Assembly (NCBI GenBank): GCA_964016885.1
Contig: OZ024765.1
Coordinates: 8,866,001-8,930,000, forward strand
Origin: Eledone cirrhosa
Lineage: Eukaryota
Direction of reading: 5' to 3'
DNA length: 64,000 nucleotides
Position 1 is the stretch's first letter; each line of letters starts with the position of its first letter. The position numbers and the translations under genes are program-made. The notes below the pieces were generated by a model. It worked only from the letters and a program-made list of their open reading frames with translations, was not told the DNA's origin and did not search any database. This document shows positions 26,660 to 40,053 of the stretch, piece by piece.

Positions 26660-27002
26660 TCTCTTCCCAGCATTTTGTTGAAAGATTGGTGAGAGAGGTA
26701 AGAATGGCCCAAGTGAATGGGCCTACTCTGAGTATGCACCTATAAATTGAAGAGGGAAAACTGAGAGAGGGCACTTGCCCTGGTGGTCAGGGTCACCGTG
26801 GTTTTTTTTAATGGGCTTTCTCCACGATGGCCCTCGGAAGACTCCCCCCTATTGGGGAATGTTTCATTGTTCCTTTTTTTTGTTATATCCTCTGTTTTTC
26901 TTTTTTTTTACATGCAGAAATGCCCATTTGTACTGTCCTGTAATGTCCTGTACTGTCCTTAATGTCTACTTTATGTAAACCCCTGTGGTTAATAAAGAAA
27001 GG

Positions 27003-27035
<33 letters not shown>
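26660..27035 (+). mobile_element. Non-LTR retroelement 3' end (copy of 6760-7138)
   Basis: Sequence similarity, AATAAA and (ATT)n tail. Confidence 0.65.
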
Positions 27036-27036
<1 letters not shown>

Positions 27037-27037
<1 letters not shown>

Positions 27038-27230
27038 GGGCAGTAGATTGGCAGTATCGGTAGAGGGTCAGACGCCATGTTTTGATGCATAGAGTTACGG
27101 CCCTTTCCAATCTGAGTTCAAATCCCGCCGAGGTTAACTTTGCCTTTCATCCTTATGCAGTCGATAAAATAAAGTACCAGTAATGCACTGGATAATTGCT
27201 GGCCTTGTGCCAAAAGTAGAAACAATTATT
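27037..27230 (+). mobile_element. SINE family A
   Basis: Same head, B-box, central domain and tail as other copies. Confidence 0.85.
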
Positions 27231-27284
27231 ATATATATATATACATACATACATATATATGTATATATATATATATATATACAC

Positions 27285-27675
27285 ATCATCATCATCATCA
27301 TCGTTTAATGTCCATTTTCGACGCTAGCATGGGTCTGGATGGGAATTGTCCCACTTGAGGCAAGATTGGTTGTCTTGCTCAGGACTATCTGGCAGGTTTT
27401 CTACAGTTGGATGCCCTTCCTAACACCAACCACGTTTACAGTGTGGACTGGGAGGTTTTTACCGTGTTACCTACATGGCCACATTACAGCGTGGACTGTG
27501 TGTTTTTTTTGTTGTGACACCTACACGACCTCATTTATTTAGGACTGGATGTTGTGGTACCAACATAACTTTACATCGAAAGGGGTGGTGTAGATGGCGG
27601 TGGGGGTAGGGTTGGGACGGGGTTGTATTTTGGTTAAGAGGTGCCTACTGACTGTAGGTTTCGCTTTGTACTTAG
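27285..27675 (-). mobile_element. RTE 3' UTR fragment
   Basis: Reverse complement of 1905-2297. Confidence 0.75.
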
Positions 27676-27677
27676 AC

Positions 27678-27978
27678 AAGGTTGTGAGTTCAATTCTCAG
27701 ACTGGGTGATGTGTTGTTTCTTTGAGCAAGACACTTTATTTCACATTGCTCCAGTTTACTCAGCTGTAGAAATGAGATGATAGGGACTGGGGTCCATATC
27801 ATTCCACTGCAAAGTGATCGTGGAGGTGCCACGGAAAAAAAAGCACCCAGCACTCACTGTAAATGAGGTTGGTGTTAGGAAGGGCATCCAGCTGTAGAAA
27901 TCAAGCTAGCATCAGTTCCCGTCCCACCCTTGCAAGCAAGGAAAAAAGCGGATGTAAAATGAAATGAAATGAAATGAT
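27678..27978 (+). mobile_element. SINE family B (5'-truncated)
   Basis: Reverse complement of 25013-25320. Confidence 0.8.
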
Positions 27979-28056
27979 GACATATATATATATAAGTTAG
28001 GTAATTCCGAAGAAAAAGCAAAGGAAAAAAGAGTGCTCTATGAATAGAACAGAGCT

Positions 28057-28141
28057 ATATAACATCTCTGTCTGATGAACGATCCAGACATATATTAATA
28101 TTGTCTGGGATCCAGAAACCTTTGGTAATGGAGTAGTTATA
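28057..28141 (+). ncRNA. Type I hammerhead ribozyme-like motif (Penelope-associated type)
   Basis: ATAACATCTCTGT-CTGATGA-AC-GATCCAGACA...TGTCTGGGATC-CA-GAAACC-TTT-GGTA-ATGGAGTAGTTAT. Core boxes, stems II and III, a GUA cleavage triplet and imperfect stem I pairing are all present. Confidence 0.55.
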
Positions 28142-28164
28142 TTTTGTGTTGTTTACTTTCTAAT

Positions 28165-28276
<112 letters not shown>

Positions 28277-28631
28277 TAGTATACCCTATAAATTGTTAGC
28301 GTTGCTGTCAATATGTTTATGTATATATGTATATATACAATCAGCTCAGTTAACATACCTGGGATGTTTTTCATCTTTGGTGTTATAAAATTAGAAAATG
28401 AGTATATGTTCACACTCTCGGGGTCTAATACTATTACCTTGTAAAATTTGATTTGATCTAGTCGAGCTGTTTGGGAATGCATAAGGAAAATACAGGCAGA
28501 CAGAAGGACAAATAATTTTATATAGTGAGATGTATATATATATACATAGTAAACCCTATAAATTGTTAGTGTTGTCTTCATAGAATATACTTCATGACAT
28601 CTGTAAAGTTGTTGCCCTGATGTTTGAAGTG

Positions 28632-28890
28632 ATTTGACCTGTTGACCGCTGCTTATATTTTACACAGCTACAATTGCTGTACTGGGTTTTTTCCCAATAA
28701 AATGACTATTTTTTTTCAAAACAAACATTTATTAACAACACATATCTGAATGATTCACAAACGTCACATCAATAAACTAGTAACCCCACTTAGCTTTAAA
28801 GTTATCAGCTGTTGGAAACGAGTTCATAACTTTGAAGTTATGAACTGTTGGAAAGGAGTTCATGACTGAAGTTATGAACTGTTGTGAAGG
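28632..28890. mobile_element. Interspersed repeat (MITE-like), inverted copy at 48855-49045
   Basis: 28632-28830 is the reverse complement of 48855-49045. Confidence 0.6.
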
Positions 28891-28995
28891 ACTTCAAACA
28901 TGTTAGGACAAGTTATCCCATCTGCAGCACTGAAGAGGTTATGGAAATGTTATTTCAATACAGGACATAGCATTATCAAATGTTCCTTTGTAAAT

Positions 28996-29560
28996 ACAGT
29001 AAAACCTCACAGTACAAGTGCCCCAGAGTACCAGTAATTTGCTGTCCAAGCCGAGGCTCGTGTGAATGTTTGTCTTGTAGTACAAGTGGAAATCCGCAGT
29101 ACGAGTGAGTTTCATACAATTAATAAAACCAGTTTACATATTTCTTTTACATTCTCTTTTATTATGTTTTTATAATTGTTATTTTCCTTGTAACTGAACC
29201 TTTTCTGTTTTAACCCTTTAGCATTTACATTACTCTATATATATACTATTATATTTTCACAGTAAAGGCTTTACCTCACATAATATCTCACATAACATTT
29301 ACATTACTCTATATATACTATTGTATTTTCACAGTAAAGGCTTTACCTCACATAATATTGAATCTATGAGATTTTGATATTATTTATTTTGAGAACAATA
29401 CCTTAACCTAAGCATGAGTGGCTAGTTACAGCCAGTTTGAACAGAAAGAGGTGAGGGAATTCTGGCCGGTTATGGCCGGTTTAAATGCTAAAGGGTTAGA
29501 ACCCATAAAAAATAATTTTTAGGTTGTTTTGGGGGGCTGGAACAGATTATTTATATTTAT
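28996..29560 (+). mobile_element. Tigger/pogo-like element remnant hosting a piggyBac-like MITE
   Basis: Begins TA-CAGTAAAACCTC. Its internal sequence matches 42944-43035, which continues to a GAGGTATCTCTG-TA end near 43338. Confidence 0.5.
29214..29495 (+). mobile_element. piggyBac-like MITE, short form (~2 units)
   Basis: TTAA-CCCTTTAGCATTTA ... TAAATGCTAAAGGG-TTAG. Confidence 0.85.
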
Positions 29561-29666
29561 TTACTGTATTTCGCAGCGTCAAAGACTACTTTTTTCCTAA
29601 AATAAGTCTCAAAAATCTACTGTGTCTCCTGGAGGCCAAAGGTTGTTTATTATTTATTTTCAAATT

Positions 29667-29862
29667 AAGGGCAGTGGATTGGCAGTATCGGTAGAGGGTC
29701 GGACACCATGCTTTCCAGCAGAGTTACGTCCCTTTATGGTCTGAGTTCAAATCCCGCCGAGGTTAACTTTGCCTTTCATCCTTACGGGGTCGATAAAATA
29801 AAGTACCAGTAATACACTGGGATAATTGCTGGCCTTGTGCCAAAAGTAGAAACAATTATTAT
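29667..29862 (+). mobile_element. SINE family A
   Basis: Full head, B-box, central domain and tail. Confidence 0.85.
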
Positions 29863-29880
29863 TACTCCCATGGGTTAGAC

Positions 29881-31828
29881 CAGGCATGTCAAACTGAGGC
29901 TCCCCCGAGAGCCACATGGGTGACATATGTGTTGTCTGAGGGCCACATGGGTTACATATGTGTTGTCTGAGGGCCACATGGGTTACATATGTGTTGTCGG
30001 AGGGTCACATAGGCCACATGGGTTACATATGTGTTGTCCGAGGGTAACATGGGTTACATATGTGTTGTCCGAGGGCCACATGGGTTACATATGTGTTGTC
30101 CGAGGGTAACATGGGTTACATATGTGTTGTCCGAGGGCCACATGAGTTACATATGTGTTGTCCGAGGGTAACATGGGTTACATATGTGTTGTCCGAGGGC
30201 CACATGGGTTACATATGTGTTGTCTGAGGGCCACATGGGTTACATATGTGTTGTCTGAGGGCCACATGGGTTACATATGTGTTATCCGAGAGTCACATGG
30301 GTTACATATGTGTTGCCTGATGGCCACATGGGTTACATATGTGTTGTCCGAGGGTCACATGGGTTACATATGTATTGTCTGAGGGCCACATGAGTTACAT
30401 ATGTGTTGTCCGAGGGCCACATGGGTTACATATGTGTTATCCGAGAGTCACATGGGTTACATATGTGTTGCCTGATGGCCACATGGGTTACATATGTGTT
30501 GTCCGAGGGTCACATGGGTTACATATGTATTGTCTGAGGGCCACATGAGTTACATATGTGTTGTCCGAGGGTCACATGGGTTACATATGTGTTGTCTGAG
30601 GGCCACATGGGTTACATATGTGTTGCCTGAGGGCCACATGGGTTACATATGTGTTGTCTGAGGGCCACATGGGTTACATATGTGTTGCCTGAGAACCACA
30701 TGGGTTACATATGTGTTGTCCGAGGGTCACATGGGTTACATATGTGTTGTCGGAGGGTCACATAGGCCACATGGGTTACATATGTGTTGTCCGAGGGCCA
30801 CATGGGCTACATATGTGTTGTCTGAGGGCTACATGGGTTACATATGTGTTGTCTGAGGGCCACATGGGTTACATATGTGTTATCCGAGAGTCACATTGGT
30901 TACATATGTGTTGCCTGATGGCCACATGGGTTACATATGTGTTGTCCGAGGGTCACATGGGTTACATATGTATTGTCTGAGGGCCACATGAGTTACATAT
31001 GTGTTGTCTGAGGGCCACATGGGTTACATATGTATTGTCTGAGGGCCACATGAGTTACATATGTGTTGTCTGAGGGCCACATGGGTTACATATGTGTTGT
31101 CTGAGGGCCACATGGGTTACATATGTGTTGTCTGAGGGCCACATGGGTTACATATGTGTTGTCTGAGGGTCACATGGGTTACATATGTGTTGCCTGAGGA
31201 GCACATGGGTTACATATGTGTTGTCTGAGGGTCACATGGGTCACATATGTGTTGTCTGAGGGCCACATGGGTTATATATGTGTTGCCTGAGGGCCACATG
31301 GGTTACATATGTGTTGTCTGAGGGCCACATGGGTTACATATGTGTTGTCTGAGGGTCAGATGGGTTACATATGTGTTGTCCGAGGGTCACATGGATTACA
31401 TATGTGTTGTCCGAGGGTCACATGGGTTACATATGTGTTGTCAGAGAGTCACATGGGTTACATGGGTCACATATGTGTTGTCTGAGAGCCACATGGGTTA
31501 CATATGTGTTGTCTGAGGGCCACATGAGTCACATATGTGTTGTCTGAGGGTCACATGGGTTACATATGTGTTGTCTGAGGGCCACATGGGTTACATATGT
31601 GTTGTCTGAGGGCCACATGGGTTACATATGTGTTGTCTGAGGGCCACTTGGGTCACATATCTGTAGTCTGAGGGCCACATGGGTTACATATGTGTTGTCT
31701 GAGGGCCACATGGGTTACATATGTGTTGTCTGAGGGCCACATGGGTTACATATGTGTTGTCTGAGGGCCACATGGGTTACATATGTGTTGTCTGAGGGCC
31801 ACACATGACGAACAACTAATTGCGCACA
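29881..31828 (+). repeat. 31-bp minisatellite (~60 units) expanded inside a truncated hAT-like MITE
   Basis: Starts GGTTAGAC-CAGGCATGTCAAACTGAGG as at 20563-20590. Unit GAGGGCCACATGGGTTACATATGTGTTGTCT. Resumes MITE sequence ACACATGACGAACAACTAATTGC at 31801. Confidence 0.9.
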
Positions 31829-32896
31829 AAGTACCAGTAATGCACTGGGGTAATTGCTGGCTTTGTGCCAAAAGTAGAAACAAATTTTCTTTTTCAAATT
31901 TTTGGTTGTCAAAAGTAGGGTGGGTAGTGGTGGTGGTGGTGGGGTGGGTAGTGTTAGTGGTGGGTGGTGGTGGGTAGTGATAGTGGTGGTGGTGTTGTTG
32001 TGATAGTGTTGGTGGTGCGTAGTGTTGTGGTGGGTAGTGGTGGTGGGTAGTGTCGGTGTTGGTGGTGGGTAGTGGTGGTGGTGGGGTGGGTAGTGATAGT
32101 GTTAGTGGTGGGTGGTGTTGGTGGTGGGTAGTGGTGGTGGTGGGTAGTGATAGTGGTGGGTAGTGTTTGTGGTGGGTAGTGGTGGTGGTGGTGGGTAGTG
32201 GTGGTGGTGGTGTTGTTGTGATAGTGTAGGTGGTGGGTAGTGTTGGTGGTGGTGGTGTTGTTGTGATAGTGTTGGTGGTGCGTAGTGTTGTGGTGGGTAG
32301 TGGTGGTGGCTAGTGTTGGTGGTGGTGGGTATACAGTTGATACAATCAACAGAACATCCTGCTCGTGAAATTAACATGCAAGTGGCTGAGTATTCCACAG
32401 ACATGTGTACCTTTAACATAATTCTCAGGGAGATTCAGCATGGCACAGAATGTGACAAGGCTGGCCCTTCAAATTACAAGCACAATCCATATTATAGTCC
32501 AAGTGCCTGAGCATTCCACACACTAGAAATCCCATATGTTACAAAATAAATAGGATGGGTTGGGGTTTCAATATGTAAACTAAACAACTAATTCTGGTTT
32601 TTTAAAGAAAATCTTCGGAGACAACCTAGAAAAAATTTACCCATTTTCCACCTACCCCCACTTATTCCACCCACCCCCACATATTCCAGACCCCTCTCTT
32701 CCAACTCCCCACCCTGCTTACCCTCCCTAAATTTATCCCACCCACATCCCCTCCGCTTACCCCCGTCCGCACCTATTATTTGTAACCCAAGAGTAAATCA
32801 CAATATCTTATGGATAGTTTATCCCTGGTTTGCCTGAATGTAACATAAATATAGGATGGTCATAACTGGAATGTCTTTGGTCATAAGCCTGTTGTA

Positions 32897-33075
32897 TTGG
32901 CAGTATTGGTAGAGGGTCGGACATGCTTTCCAGCATAGTTATGTCCCTTTATGATCTGAGTTCAAATCCCGCCGAGGTTAACTTTGCCTTTCATCCATGC
33001 GGGGTCGATAAAATAAAGTACCAGTAATGTACTGAGTAATTGCTGGCCTTGTGCCAAAAGTAGAAACAATTATAT
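32897..33075 (+). mobile_element. SINE family A
   Basis: Head, B-box, central domain and tail. Confidence 0.8.
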
Positions 33076-33400
33076 ATACTAGCAGAAAAACCACCCTTTG
33101 AGTGGTTTTCTGCTAGCATGTGTAGTGTGTATATTGATATTATACGTAAATATACATGTAGATATGATACATCAAATAACATCGTAATTGACAATATACA
33201 CAGAAATTGAAGGAAGACTGTGTTACACTGTCTTATGTAATCAGTAACGTAATCCATGATACATTAAAAAAAGATGATATTATATATAAACTGCATTACG
33301 GTGAAATGTTATGAAAACGAAAAAGGAGAAAATTAGCGACAGAAATATAAGCATTATATAACGATGCACATATATGAATGTTTATATAAGATGGTATACA
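33076..33400 (-). mobile_element. Interspersed repeat with Helitron-like CTAG end; copy at 50428-50675
   Basis: Shared TACTAGCAGAAAAACCACCC...GATACATTAAAAAAAGA. Local hairpin CTAGCAGAAAAACCAC / GTGGTTTTCTGCTAG. Confidence 0.45.
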
Positions 33401-33401
33401 G

Positions 33402-33600
33402 TAATTGTTATACTTTGGGAGGGTCATGTTGCCAATAAAAACACATGCACCTGTTGGTTTTCACTTCAATTTATCATAAATTTCCGGTTGGTTGGTTGAT
33501 TGGATAACCGGAAGGTTGTTTATACATTGTCAAAGCTCTTTCGTCACACATTCTGTGACCTCCTCAGTGACTAGGTTTTTATTTTTTGTGTCTCTACACC
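33402..33600 (-). mobile_element. Penelope-type terminal fragment with hammerhead motif
   Basis: Same sequence as the left arm of 37832-38310. Minus strand reads GTCA-CTGAGGA-G-GTCACAGAATGTGTGAC-GAAA-GAGCTT-TGAC. Confidence 0.6.
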
Positions 33601-33661
33601 ATTTGTGTCTCTACACCATTGTGTCTCTACACGATTTTGGTTTTGTGTGTTGTGTGATATA

Positions 33662-34258
33662 CAGTAATCCCCCACTATATCGCAGATTTTTCTTTGGAAC
33701 ATATCTAATTTCCTATCGCGGTAATCCTCGCTACATCGTGGATTTTTGTGAGAACATATCTATTTCCTTATCGTGGTATGTCTGAATAAAAAGTGTTTAA
33801 ATTTTAAACTTATTAAATAAGTTTCAATGTTATTAAAGTGTATATCGTAAGGAAGGGACATCTTAAGGCTTTAATTATAAAAAAATGTTTTTATTTTTCA
33901 TTCCATTACCGTTTTACTGATTGTGTTTTGCTCTAATCTACTAAAATCCCTTCATAGATTGACGGGAGATGTGCAGTGTATTACCAAGTGGCTACCGTAG
34001 CTGGCAATAGTCCTCATTGGTAACTAGTGGTACGATGGTTGGTGGTAGTTTCTATACGATCGTTACTGATTGTTTTTGGTGTTTAAATACAAAAGTGTGT
34101 TTTAATGAGTTTATATGTAATTAAAGCGTGTAGGAGAGGTATTTTAAGGCTTAAACTATGAAAACAACGGTCGTCTGTATGGTCTCTCTATATTGCGGAT
34201 TTTCATTTATCGCGGTTGGTTCTGGAGCGTATCACCCGCGATAAACAGGGGATTACTG
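33662..34258. mobile_element. Tc1/mariner-superfamily (Tigger/pogo-like) non-autonomous element
   Basis: TIR CAGTAATCCCC / GGGGATTACTG flanked by TA on both sides. Confidence 0.8.
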
Positions 34259-34406
34259 TATAAGTGATGTGATATAACGATGACAATATAACATACGGTG
34301 AAGTGTTATAATGCAACGGATGCTTACAGAAGTTGACATTTGTCAAGTTTTGTTTTTTGTCCTGCAGGGTGTCCAAAATCACCCTCCTCACAAACTGGCA
34401 ACAAAC

Positions 34407-35500
34407 TAGAAACAATTATATATATAAATAAAGTACCAGTAATGCCCTGGGGTAACTGCTGACCTTGTGCCAAAAGTAGAAACAATTATATAAATAAAGT
34501 ACCAGTAATGTACTGGGTTATTGCTGGCCTTGTGCCAAATGTAGAAACAATTATATATATAAATAAAGTACCAGTAATGCACTGGGGTAATTGCTGGCCT
34601 TGTGCCAAAAGTAGAAACAATTATATAAATAAAGTACCAGTAATGCACTGGTTAATTGCTGGCCTTGTGCCAAAAGTAGAAACAATTATATAAATAAAGT
34701 ACCAGTAATGTACTGGGTTATTGCTGGCCTTGTGCCAAATGTAGAAACAATTATATATATAAATAAAGTACCAGTAATGCACTGGGGTAATTGCTGGCCT
34801 TGTGCCAAAAGTAGAAACAATTATATATATAAATAAAGTACCAGTAATGCACTGGGGTAATTGCTGGCCTTGTGCCAAAAGTAGAAACAATTATATAAAT
34901 AAAGTACCAGTAATGCACTGGGTAATTGCTGGCCTTGTGCCAAATGTAGAAACAATTATATATATAAATAAAGTACCAGTAATGCACTGGGGTAATTGCT
35001 GGCCTTGTGCCAAATGTAGAAACAATTATATATATAAATAAAGTACCAGTAATGCACTGGGGTAATTGCTGGCCTTGTGCCAAAAGTAGAAACAATTATA
35101 TAAATAAAGTACCAGTAATGCACTGGGTAATTGCTGGCCTTGTGCCAAATGTAGAAACAATTATATATATAAATAAAGTACCAGTAATGCACTGGGTAAT
35201 TGCTGGCCTTGTGCCAAAAGCAGAAACAATTATATAAATAAAGTACCAGTAATGCACTGGGTAATTGCTGGCCTTGTGCCAAATGTAGAAACAATTATAT
35301 ATATAAATAAAGTACCAGTAATGCACTGGGTAATTGCTGGCCTTGTGCCAAAAGCAGAAACAATTATATAAATAAAGTACCAGTAATGTACTGGGTTATT
35401 GCTGGCCTTGTGCCAAATGTAGAAACAATTATATATATAAATAAAGTACCAGTAATGTACTGGGTAATTGCTGGCCTTGTGCCAATAGTAGAAACAATTA
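34407..35500 (+). repeat. Tandem array of ~16 SINE-A 3' tails (about 66-71 bp)
   Basis: Unit AAATAAAGTACCAGTAATGCACTGGGTAATTGCTGGCCTTGTGCCAAAAGTAGAAACAATTATAT matches the SINE-A 3' end. Confidence 0.95.
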
Positions 35501-35689
35501 TACTATAGATTATAGAGTGGTCATAACTGGAACATCTGTGATCATAAGTGTGGTGTTCCATTAGAGTTGACCTGGGGTTAAACAACAACAACAACAACCA
35601 AAACGAAATTTAAATCTGAAACTGAAAATTTGGGAAAATATTTAGAAGTTTTGACCGAATTTCTTCAAATATTTAAACTAGGATATATA

Positions 35690-35912
35690 ACACACACACA
35701 TATATATATACATACACACACATATATATATACATATACATACACACACACACATATATATATACATATACATACACACACTCACATATATATATACATA
35801 CACATACACACACACACATATATATATACATATACATACACACACACACATATATATACATATACATACACACACACACATATATATATACACATACATA
35901 CACATACGCACG

Positions 35913-35964
<52 letters not shown>

Positions 35965-36095
35965 TGCACACACACACTTATATATATATATACACATACA
36001 TGCACATACGCACACACACACACACACATATATATATACACACATGCACACACACACATATATATATATATATATACACATACATGCAGATACAC

Positions 36096-36126
<31 letters not shown>

Positions 36127-36428
36127 CATACACATACATATATTTATATATGTATATATATATGCGTGTGTATATATATATATATATATACATAGATATT
36201 TATGCATATAAATATATAGATATATATATACACATGTATATACATACATATATATATATACACACACATATGCATATAGATACATATACATATATACACT
36301 CATGCATATACATACATATATACGCACATACACATATATACATACATTTATAAATAAAACTTTTATGTAACAAGTGTGTTGAAATATATATGATGTATAT
36401 ATGTAATGTATGTATGTATATATACATA
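35690..36428. repeat. (CA/TA)n microsatellite
   Basis: Direct inspection. Confidence 0.95.
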
Positions 36429-36429
36429 C

Positions 36430-36595
36430 ATCGGACGCCATGCTTTGACGCATAGAGTTACGGCACTTGCCATTCTGAGTTCAAATCCCGCCGAGGTTAA
36501 CTTTGCCTTTCATCCTTACGGAGGTCGATAAAATAAAGTACCAGTAATGTACTGGGTAATTGCTGGCCTTGTGCCGAAAGTAGAAACAATTATAT
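36430..36595 (+). mobile_element. SINE family A (5'-truncated)
   Basis: B-box, central domain and tail. Confidence 0.8.
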
Positions 36596-37696
36596 ATACA
36601 TACTAGCATTAAAGCCCGGCGTTGCTCGGGGGTCAGTAAGTTACCAAAGTTAGGTTGCACCAACCATTTTATGGCAGCACTTTTTTGTTTGCCAGGCACT
36701 GGGTGAATGGATTGCAGACCTGGACTGCCGAAGAAGGAGCTGCGCCAGCAGTGACAATTGTAGTTTCACCTATGGATATTATCTCTGTGCAAAGAAGTGT
36801 TGAAATTCATTGTTTCACAGTACTTGCGCAACACGCGCGTAGATGATGCCAGCCGAACAACAGAGCTGAGGTGGAGTTATTCTGCATGGTCTAATGTGTG
36901 TTTTCTAAATTTAAGACACTAGGGAGGGGTGTGATATGGGGGAGAGTTAGCTGCTGTTTGTAGCAGGTTTAGTGACCTCATAGAGGATATGTGTTTTCTA
37001 AATTTAAGACAGTAGGGAGTGGTGTGATATGGGGGAGAGTTAGCTGCTGTTTTTAGCAGGTTTAGTGACCTCTTAGAGGATATGTGTTTTCTAAATTTAA
37101 GACAGTATAGGGAGTGGTGTGATATGAGGATTAGTGGCCTCATAGAGGATATTATTGTGTATAGTAAATAAATTGATACATCTTTCTTCCATGTTCGTTG
37201 AGAGGTTTTAAAAAAGATTTATCGCTATTTTTTTTGTTGTTGAATAAATTTATCTGTTGCTTTTGAATAATTGTTGTTTCGTATGAAATGTAATAAGTTC
37301 TCTTTGTCATTGAAGTAAATAAATGTTTGACCGTTTCACACTCAAAAACAAACGTTCTCTCTCTCTCTCCCTCTCTCTCTCTCTCCCCTCTCTCTCTCTT
37401 CGGCGTTCCTAAAGGAAGTTTGTAAGCATGTATGTAGTTTTATCGAATTTTAAGGGGAGTAGTGGGAGGTAATCAGATTCTATTAGAGGGTAAAGCGTCA
37501 TGTATTTAGTTTTATCGATTATTTCCATAATTGTAGGTGAGTTTGAATGAAATAAATAGTCGTTGACCTAAGTTAGACCATTTACAACATTCTTACAGAA
37601 TTTGAGTCGAATCGGTTTGAAATTGTGCAAATGTATAAACATGGAACATGCACACACACACACACAACAACAACAATCTGCCTTTTATAGATAATG

Positions 37697-37732
<36 letters not shown>

Positions 37733-37831
37733 ATTATATGTATATATACATACATATATATATAATGTATATATATTTCGTTTCTGAATTTGTTTAGCAA
37801 GATTCTTTATCTGAAAACGTGTGTTGAAACC

Positions 37832-38304
37832 GATATTGTTATACTTTGGGAGGGTCATGTTGCCAATAAGAAACACACGCACCAGTTGCTTTCACTCCAA
37901 TTTATTAAAAATTAAATTATAAAATTAAAAATTTATAAATTTCTGGTTGGTTGGTTGGTTCCACAACCGGACGGGGTTGTTCATATATTGTCAAAGTTCT
38001 TTCGTCACACATTCTGTGACCTCTTCAGTGACTGGGGATTCTTTTCTTTGTTTTTGTGCCTCTCCTTTGTTCTGTCATACGCCATCTTGTTGGAGTAGGA
38101 CAGAACAAAGAAGAGGCACAAAAACAAAGAAAAGAATCCCCAGTCACTGAAGAGGTCACAGAATGTGTGACGAAAGAACTTTGACAATATATGAACAACC
38201 ATCCGGTTGTGGAACTAACCAACCAACCGGAAATTTATAATAAATTGAAGTCAAAGCAACTGGTGCGTGTGTTTCTTATCGGCAGCATGACCCTCCCAAA
38301 GTAT

Positions 38305-38310
<6 letters not shown>
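37832..38310. repeat. ~480-bp palindrome of a Penelope-type terminal repeat with a hammerhead motif on each strand
   Basis: Arms are near-identical inverted copies centred near 38085. The + strand at 38142-38186 reads GTCA-CTGAAGA-G-GTCACA-GAATG-TGTGAC-GAAA-GAACTT-TGAC. Confidence 0.85.
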
Positions 38311-39078
<768 letters not shown>

Positions 39079-39483
39079 CAAGAGTGAAAATTGAAAGAAT
39101 TTCTTTAATAATGCTAGAATGTTTGGGTTTGGCTGGGTGGAGGTGGGGTGGAGCTGGTGGGTAGTGGTGGGGTGGAGCTGGTGGGTAGTGGTGGGGTGGA
39201 GCTGGTGGGTAGTGGTGGGGTGGGCTGGGTGTCATCATGTTTTACATTAGGGTGTGGTGCAGTTGTACGTGAGGGGAGGAGGGGTGATGTGTACAGTGGT
39301 GTGATTATATGGTGTGGGGATGTTGTGGTGGTGGTAGTGTGGTATGGTGATGGTGGTGGTGTGCTGGGGTGGGGGTGGGAGGTGTCATGTGACTTAGAGC
39401 AATTCAACATAGAATAATTCGGTGAAAATTGTGGTCACACAGAGGAAGGAGAGAAAGAAAGAAAACAATTATTTGAAGGCCAT

Positions 39484-39915
39484 TATATATACATATATAT
39501 ATATATGTGTGTGTATGTATATATATATGTGTGTGTGTGTGTGTGTATATATATGTGTGTGTATATATATGTGTGTGTGTATATATATATATATGTGTGT
39601 GTATGTATATATGTGTGTGTGTGTGTATGTATATATATATATGTGTGTGTGTGTGTATGTATATATATGTGTGTGTGTGTGTGTGTGTATATATATGTGT
39701 GTGTGTATATATATATATGTGTGTGTATGTATATATGTGTGTGTGTGTATGTATATATATATGTGTGTGTGTGTATATATATATATATATGTGTGTGTGT
39801 ATATGTATATATGTGTGTGTGTGTATGCATATATATGTGTGTGTGTGTATGCATATATATGTGTGCGTGTGTGTATATATGTATGTGTGTGTGTATATAT
39901 GTATGTGTGTGTGTG

Positions 39916-39951
<36 letters not shown>

Positions 39952-40040
39952 CGTGTATTTATATATATATATGTATATGTGTGTGTATATATAGATATAT
40001 ACATATATATATATATATATAGATAGATAGATAGATAGAA
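39484..40040. repeat. (TG/TA)n microsatellite
   Basis: Direct inspection. Confidence 0.95.
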
Positions 40041-40053
40041 ATATCTGTGTGTA

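Noticed and set aside
29881-31828. 31-bp array as CRISPR or coding repeat
   Set aside because: Head-to-tail units without spacers, period not a multiple of 3, derived from a hAT MITE.
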